From Octopus sinensis (taxonomy: Eukaryota): DNA of 14,948 nucleotides. The position numbers were made by a program, and so were the translations under genes. The notes beneath the pieces were generated by a model. It was given only the letters and a program-made list of their open reading frames with translations, did no database searches and had not been told where the DNA came from. The stretch is from positions 1-14,948 of the forward strand of contig NW_021825644.1 of NCBI RefSeq assembly GCF_006345805.1, read 5' to 3'. Positions 1 to 9,340 of this stretch are shown piece after piece (the first letter of the stretch is position 1; the number at the start of each line of letters is the position of its first letter).

Positions 1-288
1 TAGCTCTAGCAATGGAATTTATCACAGTACTTGGCATTGTCTATAAAGAAGGAGAAGAACCGAAGTAAATTTTCCAAGAAAAAACAAACAACAATAACAA
101 AATGCCCACACACATACAAAGCATAGGAAACACATGTATATATACATATATGGGTACACACACGCATCCATGTACAGGCACACATATATCATTACACCGT
201 TGCTTGTATATGTGAGTGTGTGTGTGTGTGTATATGCGCATACGTATGTATAAATCAATGTATATGAATAGAAAAATACACCTACACA

Positions 289-328
<40 letters not shown>

Positions 329-737
329 AAAGTACAAAGTGAGATAAGGGTTATGAGTGTAACCCACTATGGGATATCATTTATCCAATCTACTGCCAGT
401 AAAGTGCCCAAAATACTATACATAAATGCTAAGAATTGTAATGCAATTAGTTCATTTATTGTATTATATGGGCGAAGGTAAAATGTTTTACCTCAAATTC
501 ATAATACAAAATAAGAAAAATTAATTAATTAGTTAATAAATTATATGAATTGGTATTATCTGGAAGTTGATGATTGAAAGGAATCTATGTTCTTATTTTG
601 TGTATGTATATATATATCACGTGATCACGTGACCGACCAGACCATCAGATGTTGTTACACATCGCTGGTCACAATGTGTTCGCATTGTTTTAGCCTTCGA
701 ATGACGCCATCCCGCTGGCTAAGCGAGCAGGTCAACA

Positions 738-819
738 GAAGAAAGAGTGGAAGAAAGAGTGGAAGAAAGAGTGGAAGAAAGAGTGGAAGAAAGAGTGGAA
801 GAAAGAGTGGTGAAAGAGT
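738..819 (+). repeat. 12-bp minisatellite (GAAGAAAGAGTG)x6 plus a partial unit, inside the SINE
   Basis: Six perfect units at 738-809 followed by GTGAAAGAGT. The corresponding segment is single-copy (CTTTCTCTCACTCTT) in the SINE at 11323-11710. Confidence 0.95.
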
Positions 820-917
820 ACAGCAGTGTTCGCCACCACTCCCTGCCGAAGCCTCGTGGAGCTTTAGGTGTTTTCGCTCAATAAACACTCACAACGCCCG
901 GCCTGGGAATCGAAACC

Positions 918-1213
918 ACCTCACCAACAACAACACTGAACACCTTTTTGATCTCCATGTGTCTAACACACGTGGACATGCCTACAAAGTCAGAAAACAA
1001 TACAGCTCCCATGACTTTCGGAAACATTTTTTCACGCTCAGAGTTGCTGAGCGGAATAAACTGCCTGCATCAGTTGTTGACTGCCATGACACTGCATCTT
1101 TTAAGGCCCTCATGCTTTCCGAAATCCGCCGAAACTACACCTGATTATATATACACTTTAGATGAGTTGTAGTGCACTGAGCACTGTACACAATTATTAT
1201 TATTATTATTATT
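918..1213 (+). mobile_element. 5'-truncated CR1/L2-group LINE 3' end (ORF2 C-terminus, 3' UTR, (ATT)7 tail) with 6-bp TSD
   Basis: Translation to the stop at 1144 gives ..NTRGHAYKVRKQYSSHDFRKHFFTLRVAE-RNKLPASVV..SFKALM*, matching the CR1-type RGH..K..R..FF..RV...WN.LP..VV....FK motif. (ATT)7 at 1193-1213. GAAACC is duplicated at 912-917 and 1214-1219. 3' UTR hairpin AGTGC-actga-GCACT at 1171-1185. Confidence 0.92.
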
Positions 1214-1267
1214 GAAACCGCGATCCTACGTCCGCGAGTCCGCTGCCCTAACCACTGGGCCTCCACA

Positions 1268-1313
<46 letters not shown>

Positions 1314-2045
1314 TTAACAAATGAGATAGAAACAGGCAGAAATAAGGAAAATGCCACTTGTATTTGAATACTATGCAAATATTCTTTTAAAGATATTTTC
1401 TTTTAATTTTTCCAAAATTTAATTGTTTTCCATTCTTACAGTTGAAAAAGTCTAAATGACTGAACCCGGTAATGAAATGATTTTTATAAAATTATTTTAG
1501 CATTTTCTACTTTGACTTTTCTTTCCATATATATATATCAAGTCGTGTGTTCCTTTTGAACATATACACACATAGACACACTCGCAAACGAATATATGTA
1601 TATACATATATATATGTAAATATATGTATTGTTTATGTGTGTATGTGTGTTTAGCTATGAACCGGAAGTAAATGAAAAAGTACAGTTTTACTTGTTTGAT
1701 TTGTAGGAGGGAAATGCTTAAGTCATGCAGGCCTTGTCAGCCATCAAAGATGTCACGGGAATCGAACCCAGACATTGTTGACAATAGAACATGTGCAACC
1801 TGTGGAAAGGTGTACCGTGTAACTGGAATATTCAAAAAGCATGTGAAACGATTTTATACTATGACACCGGTTCCTTCAACCTGCCAGCAAAACAGCATTA
1901 TGTATTAAAATATGCGACACATTGAATATATCAATCACTCATTACAATGGTTGTTTCTAGCAATGGCTTTGCTCCTGTACGAATAAGTATCCACCACGTA
2001 TATATCTATCTACCTATATGTATGCATTATATATTCTCATATACA

Positions 2046-2206
2046 CAGGAGTGGCTGTGTGGTAAGTAGCTTGCTAACCAGCCACATGGTCGTGGGTTCA
2101 GTCCCACTGCGTGGCATCTTGGGCAAGTGTCTTCTGCTATAGCCTCGGGCCGACCAATGCCTTATGAGTGGATTTGGTAGACGGAAACTGAAAGAAGCCT
2201 GTCGTA

Positions 2207-2257
<51 letters not shown>

Positions 2258-2464
2258 TTGTGTGTCTGTGCTTGTCCCCCCTAGCATTGCTTGACAACCG
2301 ATGCTGGTGTGATTACGTCCCCGTCACTTAGCGGTTCGGCAAAAGAGACAGAATAAGTACTGGGCTTACAAAGAATAAGTCCCGGGGTCGATTTGCTCGA
2401 CTAAAGGCGGTGCTCCAGCATGGCCGCAGTCAAATGACTGAAACAAGTAGAAAAAAAAAGAGTA
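2046..2464 (+). mobile_element. Full-length tRNA-derived CORE-type SINE with internal (TA)n(TG)n microsatellite
   Basis: A-box-like TGGCTGTGTGG (2052-2062), B-box-like GGTTCAGTCCC (2095-2105) and MIR/CORE-like GGCATCTTGGGCAAGTGTCTT. Internal (TA)n(TG)n at ~2205-2265. 3' end GGCGGTGCTCCAGCATGGCCGCAGTCAAATGACTGAAAC plus an A-rich tail. Colinear with the copy at 6148. Confidence 0.9.
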
Positions 2465-2769
2465 ATGTATATATCTAACATATATATGTGTATTTGTGCC
2501 TCTGTCATATTTGGTATTATATTATACTCTGGTATTATTCAGGCTCTCTACAAGAAGTTTAATGAATCTTACAACAGAAACCATTGTATGCAAAAGAGAA
2601 TTCATTAGATAATTATTTATTCCCACCTCATCCTATGTTCTTTTTCTTATATAATATACATATATATGTGTGAATATATATATATATGTGTTTGTGTGTG
2701 TAGGTGTGTGTGTTTGGGCGCGCATCTAGAGAATTTGTCTTGCCAAATTTTCTGAGGAAAATTATATAT

Positions 2770-2986
2770 TTTCTACTCTAGGCACAAGGCCCTAAATTTT
2801 TTTTTTGGGGGGGGTGGTATTTGATTAAGTCGACCCAAATAGGCAACTGGTACTTAATTTATCGATCTCGAAAGGGTGAAATGCAAAGTCGACCGCGGAG
2901 GAATTTGGACTCAGAACGTAAAGACAGACAAAATGCTGCCAAGAATTTCGCCCGTCGTGCTAAAGTTCTTGTGAGATCGCCACCTT
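2770..2986 (-). mobile_element. tRNA-derived SINE of a different group (central ..GTCGACTTTGCATTTCACCCTTTCGAGATCGATAAATTAAGTACCAG..)
   Basis: The minus strand has a tRNA-like head with B-box-like GAGTCCAAATTCC (2912-2900), then the central block, and ends CCTTGTGCCTAGAGTAGAAAA. Two degenerate relatives lie at 10553-10855. From memory the central block resembles Meta/MESC-type SINE domains; this is unverified. Confidence 0.8.
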
Positions 2987-4031
2987 AGAGACATTATTAT
3001 ATTGCAGCAGATTATTAACAAATACAGTCTACACACATACACTCAAACTTTGTTGGTTGTCTCTCATTCTCTTCACTGTGAAAGCAGTTTTATTTGCCTA
3101 AATTCCACCTAAATACTTTGAGCTACATCAACCTGAAGCCTTTCTGTTGGTGTATAGTAGTAAATACTTGTCTTTTTTTCGCTTTTCACTGATTTTACTG
3201 CTGTTGCATATCTAAGTAAACGTGTGTACTAAGGTACGCAATGTTTATTCTGTTTCTTGCTATTGTTGCCAACAAAAATACACACGGGTATGAGTGTGTG
3301 TTTTGCGCGCACGAGTGTGTATACGTATCTGCCTGCGTGCATGAGTCTTTGCGTGTGAGTGTGTCTTTTCGACCTCGTTTTTTTTTGCTTATTATTTTAT
3401 ACTTTCTCTGATATTATTTTGGCGGTGAGTTACGGTTTGGGCGCAGAAACCACTCATTGTTTATATCATATGGTTACGTGGAGTCTGCTTCCTGAATGCG
3501 TACAACTTCTTTTATCTATCAGAATGTTTGGTCTTTTGAATGCCTGGAATGAATTTTTATTTCAACATCTTGCATCGAGTCACTGTGCTTCTTTATGGCA
3601 AATTGATAGATTGCAGATGTTTATTTCTTTTCATTGCATACTCGCCCGTGCGCCTCAATCATTTCAGGTGCACAACGGGATGTTTATCCTATCAAGATAG
3701 TGGGTGTGTCTCTATATTGCTTTCTTCTGCATGCATCACATAAAATACACAACGTTTCAAATTTTGAAGTATATTCTGCGTTGGTTGCGCATACATTACA
3801 CTAGTCAAAGAAGGATAATTACTATACATGCCTGTTTACATATTAGCAATTCAATGAATGTGTAACTATTTTTCTACTACATTAATTTTAAGAACTTGTA
3901 ATAATATCCTAAATGTGCCAACTATTAAATCTGTGAGTGTAGCATAGATTAACATCGCAACCTTGAATTGAGATTATTTTGACACTACGAGCTTTTCGCG
4001 TCTGGTGTTTATCATTATTATTATTATTATT

Positions 4032-4551
4032 AAGTGAGAGAGTAGTGCATTCCATCAGAGTAACACTGGGATACAATATACGAAGCCCAGTATACTCATC
4101 ATGACTACCCGTCTTATAAGGGTACATTAGGCACTTGCATCACAATCATGTGCGCGCAACATGGTGATCTCATATCAAGATAAACAGCGCCTGTCCTTGG
4201 AGGTGGGGTTCAGTTAGAATTTTCTACTGGTCGAGTAGCCCATCATGCCCAAAAGATACCTGAATAAGGCTTGTTTAAGGGTGTTGAACGAACCACTTAT
4301 GTTTCCGAAGGTGAATTCATTCCAACACACGGCTATGATGCTCCCCCAATACTGCACATATCGTCAGCCACTAAGGGACATACTCAACTGGTTACGGTCA
4401 AACAACTGACAAGCAAATCTGTGGTTTGGAGTAGAATATTTTCTGTAGCCCATCATTTATACCAAGACAAAACAACGTACATGATAACACTTCCAATCAT
4501 TTAGGATCAGAAGCCATGAGAGACACTGCTTGGTACTGCATCAGGACATTT
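4032..4551. mobile_element. Unclassified ~520-bp interspersed repeat flanked by (ATT)n on both sides
   Basis: Less AT-rich block bounded by (ATT)6 (4014-4031) and (ATT)5 (4552-4566), with no TIRs and no convincing ORF. I recall a near-identical high-copy octopus repeat, but there is only one copy in this window. Confidence 0.6.
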
Positions 4552-5164
4552 ATTATTATTATTATTATCATTTACTTTCAAGACTTTTCAAGACGATGCT
4601 CGGAGAGATGAACCGTATTCTGTTAGTAGCATTACTGATGTTTCAATGTTTAGCTGGATAATTATAAAATCTTATCCGATTTCGTTGTCTGCATAATTTC
4701 ACTTTGGATAGGTTTCTGATTTTTCTCTTTTTAAGTTTCAACATAAAAAAAACATTATCAATGCATTTGCTGAAACAGCAGAACATTACAATTTCGAGAG
4801 CTGAGGGCCACAACAAAGGGAAGAATGGTGAAGAAATTTACACTAGCGTCAACGGTTCAAACGTTCATTTAATAGATGTAACAACAGATATATCAGGTTT
4901 TTTTTTTTTTTCAAAGAATCATTTGTAAAAATACGCCTATTTAAAAAAAAAAGAACTTGCTGTTTTGAAAATGCTTTGCAGATTATCGTGACAAAGAGAA
5001 CCAGTTTAGTGTGTTTATAGGCCTTATACATACGCACACGCAAGCAAACACACACACACACACGCGCACACACACAAAGACAAACAGACACACGCATACA
5101 CTCATAAGCACACATATATGAAAAGCTTCTATGTAGCAGCATATATATTTGTGCAAATATTTAT

Positions 5165-5272
5165 ATGCATATAAATGTGCGTGGGTGCGTGATATACATA
5201 CATGCATACATATATATATATAAATGTGTATATGTAAGTGTGTGCATATATATATACGTGTGTGTGTGTGCG

Positions 5273-5303
<31 letters not shown>

Positions 5304-5470
5304 ATGTATATAAATATATGTCTGTATATATATGTGTGTGTGTGTGTATATATATATGTGTGTGTGTATATATATATGTGTGTGTGTATATATATATGTG
5401 TGTGTGTATATATATATATGTGTGTGTGTGTGTATATATATATGTGTGTGTGTATGTATATATATGTCTG

Positions 5471-5505
<35 letters not shown>

Positions 5506-5548
5506 ATATATATATGTGTGTGTATATATATGTGTGTGTATATATATA

Positions 5549-5589
<41 letters not shown>

Positions 5590-5684
5590 ATATATAAATA
5601 TTTGTGTGTATATATATTTGTGTGTATATATATTTATATGTGTGTGTGTGTCTATATATATGTGTGTGTATATATATATATATA
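5165..5684. repeat. Long compound (TA)n/(TG)n microsatellite array
   Basis: Alternating TATATA and TGTGTG blocks with a loose ~20-bp higher-order period. Confidence 0.95.
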
Positions 5685-6086
5685 CTGTTGTGCTGTACTC
5701 CTTTCTCTTAATTTATGCATTTAACAAATACATCAAATTCAACATTGACCTCCATAACATCGTGTTCCATAAATCTAGCGAGGTTTTTCCTTCATAAAAT
5801 ACTACCAGTGATATCACATGGATTAATCTAGATTAGGTTGCTGATTTCTAAAGGCAAATGTAGGATACATTTCTAAGATATGTTACGATTATCTTGACAT
5901 TCCATCGATTTCACTGACGAACAAGAACGGTGCCAGAGAAATTCTTGTTCCATTAGATTTATCTTTCTTCCTCCCTGTATAAATGCATACTGATAGGTGT
6001 GCATTTTTATGTGTATATACTTGTGTGCAACCAATATATATATAATATATATACATATGTATGTGTGTATATATATTTATACACAC

Positions 6087-6119
<33 letters not shown>

Positions 6120-6147
6120 TATATATACACACATTTACTGTACATAC

Positions 6148-6627
6148 AGGCACGGCTGTGTAACAAAAGTAGCTTGCTTACCAACCAATTGGTTCCGGGT
6201 TCAGTTCCACTGCGTGTCGTGTCAACTTGAGCAAGTGTATTCTACTATAGACTCAGGTTGACCAAAGACTTGTGAATGGATTTGGTAGACGAAAACTGAA
6301 GGAAGGCTGTCGTACATATATATATATATATACATGTGTGTGTTTGTGTGTGTTTATGTGTGTGTGTGTGTGCGTGCGTGTATGCATACATGTGTGTATG
6401 TATGTGCGTGTATAATTTTTGTGTCTTTGTTTCTCCTCCCACCATCGCTTGACAACCGATGTTTGTGTTTTTACAACCCCATAACTTAGCGGTTCGGCGT
6501 AAGAGACCGATAGGATAAGTACGAGGCTTACATGGGGACGATTAAATCAAGGAGTCAATTTTTTTGACCAAAGTCGGTGGTCCAGCATGGCCACAGCTCG
6601 TGAGCTGAATCTAGATAAAATAAAAAA
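6148..6627 (+). mobile_element. Second, more diverged copy of the CORE-type SINE; its 3' end is the left arm of the inverted duplication
   Basis: Colinear with 2046-2464: GTAGCTTGCTTACCAACC..GGGTTCAGTTCCACTGCG..GAGCAAGTG..GATTTGGTAGACG..AACTGAA..(TA)n(TG)n..CGCTTGACAACCGAT..AACTTAGCGGTTCGGC..CCAGCATGGCC. After that the tail matches the LINE at 7075-7309 rather than the 2046 copy. Confidence 0.88.
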
Positions 6628-7136
6628 TATAATGATATGTAAATTAAATAAAACCCTATAGTCTTGAAAAAAGATATATCTAGTGAATGTTAAATGTAAG
6701 AAGAAAATTAATGTTTGAATTATATATATAATGATAGATATCACTTTTATGAAATAAAGCTGTACAAATTCAAAACAAATGGACTGCGGGTGGTATGCAT
6801 CGACTAGAGAGAGAGAGAGAGAACTAGAGTTTTAGTAAAATGTCCCATCGCTCCGTCCACCTAAATTCATGTTGCATATATTAATTCATCAATCAATCAT
6901 ATTCATATATAATATCCACCCGCAGTACATTTGTTTTGAATTTGTACACTTATTTCATATAAGTGATATCTATCATTATATATAATTCAAACATTAATTT
7001 TCTTCTTACATTTAACATTCACTAGATATATCTTTTTCCAAGACTATAGGGTTTTATTTAATTTACATATTATATTTTTTATTTTATCTAGCTTTAGCTC
7101 ACGAGCTGTGGCCATGCTGGGGCAGCGCCATTTGGT
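6567..7136. repeat. Long inverted repeat: arms ~6567-6793 and ~6916-7136, 122-bp spacer
   Basis: Hand alignment of 6582-6793 against the reverse complement of 6916-7120 gives 5 substitutions and 7 gap positions in ~212 columns (~94% identity). A weaker match extends to 6567/7136. Confidence 0.97.
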
Positions 7137-7309
7137 GTTGCCACATGATTTTACTTCACGAATGCTTTTTAGCAATTGCCATTTGATGCATGAGAAAGTT
7201 CGATGCAGCTGCCCTCATCTGCACCTCCTGTCGTGAAGTTGGTTCATCTGGGACACTTGACAGGAAGAGATCCAGTTTTATTTTAAAGACATCTGCATCC
7301 ACCCCATGC
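7075..7309 (-). mobile_element. 5'-truncated LINE 3' end (CR1/L2-group ORF2 C-terminus plus short 3' UTR)
   Basis: Minus-strand 7308-7156 translates to HGVDADVFKIKLDLFLSSVPDEPTSRQEVQMRAAASNFLMHQMAIAKKHS*, with the FK..LD.FL..VPDEP....A.SN terminal motif of invertebrate CR1/L2-group ORF2. It is followed by ..GGCGCTGCCCCAGCATGGCCACAGCTCGTGAGCTAAAGCTAGATAAAATAAAAAA. It is not in the ORF track because it has no start codon. Confidence 0.85.
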
Positions 7310-7604
7310 TTCTTATTTATTAGTTTTTTTCTTTCCTTTAACCCCTCCTCTTTCTATAGGCTATCTTTGACGTTATATCCTCTAACGTTTTGTTTTTAAA
7401 CAAACTTAATAGCGTTCAGTTAATCACTGTACATATCCATCAAATTCTGTTAAAATGCCTTATTGACGAGTTTCATTTCTTCCTTTCTCTGAAGAGAAGA
7501 TTGCATTGTTTTAAACCATGTTGTTCCTTTGGAATAATACCAGTGATATCTTCGAAACATGTGTTGGAAGAAAAAGAATTTGAACAACACCTGCGTTTAA
7601 CTCC

Positions 7605-7606
7605 AT

Positions 7607-7639
<33 letters not shown>

Positions 7640-7649
7640 GTAGTGTGTG

Positions 7650-7680
<31 letters not shown>

Positions 7681-7690
7681 TGTGTGTGTG

Positions 7691-7734
<44 letters not shown>
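7605..7734. repeat. (TA)n-(TG)n-(TA)n microsatellite
   Basis: Directly visible dinucleotide tracts. Confidence 0.95.
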
Positions 7735-7736
<2 letters not shown>

Positions 7737-8699
7737 AGGATTACTATGTGATACGAATGTGTCTGAACAACAGCAAATTAAAAATACGACAGATTTCATT
7801 TCTCAAACACTGACAAGCGGGCGCACACGTACACACATATCCCCTCACACACACAAACACGCGCGCGTGTACGAGCATACGCACATTCTAGCACATCTTT
7901 ACATCCACACACACATACAACAGCCGTTCAAAAAATCGACTCATTCATTACCAATTCTATTGTATTAAAACTTTTAAAACTGTGCTTGTCTCTTCTGGGC
8001 ATCTGATAAATTTTCAATTGAAATTCTCTTACGATTTATACGTCACTGTTTTCTTTCTTTCCTCCTTAAATCTCAGCATTTTCCTTTATACCATATTATT
8101 TTATTATTATATATATATATATTCAAATGTGCCACATTCTTCAATAGATTACAAGTGCTAATTGATTGATTCATTTGCTTATTTCGTTGAATTTTATCTG
8201 TTAATTTTATATTCTTTTACGCCTTAATATTAGTTCTTAAAATTTTATTTTATAACTGGAACTTTCTAGTACATGCGAATATTGAAAATAGAAATTAAAT
8301 TGTATACCAATATATAATATGAAATAGACTGCGGCTCGTGTTGTACGGTTTTAGTTCGTTTCCATGTGCATATTTTATATACTTATAGATTTAAAAGTGC
8401 GGGTATATATGTCTCTGTACGTGTGATTTTACATAAGCTTGTATTAGACGCATAGTTATATGTGCTATATATATATATTTTACTGACAATCCAATAATTT
8501 ATTTATTAATATTACAATATAACAATAAGTACTATGAATATAATATATAACATAACATAAATAATTATAAAAACCATGAAAGGACAAACAAATTGTTTCG
8601 ACTTATATATTTTTTTTCCGATATACATACTCACAGTTCTATTATACACGCACACATATATCGTCACTTCTTTTCCTCAGTTTGTTACTATATGAATAT

Positions 8700-8899
8700 G
8701 TAATATATCTATATACGTAAATATGTATATATGGATATATATATAAATATGTATATATATGTATATGTATACATATATATGTATATATATATGTATATAT
8801 GTATATATGTATACATATGTATGTATATATGTATACATATGTATATATATGTATACATATGTATATATATATATGTATATATGTATGTATATATGTATA

Positions 8900-8938
<39 letters not shown>

Positions 8939-8950
8939 CATGCATATATG
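8700..8950. repeat. (TA)n/(TATG)n degenerate microsatellite array
   Basis: Recurring ATATATGTATAT / GTATACATAT units. Confidence 0.93.
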
Positions 8951-9135
8951 TGTGGGAGATTATGTTTGCGTGTGGTAATAAGTACTACGTCATATATAAA
9001 TGTGTGTGTATGCGTAAGTGCGCGTACGTACATGTATGTCCTTATATGTGAGCATGTGTGTATGTGTATTTGCGTATAGGTGAGTGTATTTATGTACAAG
9101 CGCATAATTTGACTCATGTTTTTCATTTTATACAA

Positions 9136-9340
9136 CTTTGAATAGAGAGAAAAGCGTTCTTCTTTAGCGGACTCTCTCTATTTTTTATATACTGTATGCG
9201 AGAATACAGTGTAGAGTAGAAAATATTTATAAAGGTATTCAATCGAAAATTGCGATATATTTTGAGGTAATGTATGGAGGTGAGGCTTAAACATCTACCT
9301 ATGTCGGAGACTGTTTATTATTATCATTATTATTATTAAT
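9136..9340 (+). mobile_element. Possible retroelement 3' remnant with two hairpins and an (ATT)n tail
   Basis: Inverted repeat AATAGAGAGA/TCTCTCTATT (9141-9182), a second stem TATACTGTAT-gcgaga-ATACAGTGTA, and termination in ..GTCGGAGACTGTT(TAT)n. It is single-copy here, so family status is unproven. Confidence 0.3.

Larger units (their letters stand above)
616..1266 (-). mobile_element. tRNA-derived SINE (same head/core as 11323-11710), interrupted by a CR1-type LINE fragment at 918-1213
   Basis: The minus strand reads GTGGAGGC-CCAGTGGTTAGGGCAGCGGACTCGCGG..GGATCGCGGTTTC|GATTCCCAGG..TTGTGAGTGTTTATTGAGCGAAAACACCTAAAGCTCCACGAGGCT, colinear with the intact copy at 11323. The A-box has an ~8-bp deletion and the B-box is split by the insertion. 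It ends in ..GGTCACGTGATCACGTGAT, with (TA)n tracts on both sides. Confidence 0.9.

Noticed and set aside
738-819. Regular direct repeats as a CRISPR array
   Set aside because: The units are head-to-tail with no spacers, in eukaryotic DNA with no cas genes.
587-1144. 185-aa ORF as a host gene
   Set aside because: It is explained by an antisense SINE, the 12-bp minisatellite (RKSG repeats) and a CR1 ORF2 remnant.
3359-3743. ORFs 3359-3700 and 3540-3743 with GCG|gtgagt donor and tttcag| acceptor
   Set aside because: The start is GTG directly after an in-frame TGA, splicing 3424 to 3668 hits a stop after 10 codons, and there is no recognisable domain.
5165-5797. Long C/V/Y/I- and H/T-rich ORFs (also around 22-289, 7390-7968, 8677-9135, 12300-13143)
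   Set aside because: They are translations of TA/TG/CA microsatellites, which lack stop codons in several frames.
5803-7550. Shared 13-mer TACCAGTGATATC (5803 and 7538) with a nearby CATCAAATTC match
   Set aside because: The spacing differs (72 vs 100 bp), the flanks do not align, and a few such matches are expected by chance in 15 kb of AT-rich DNA.
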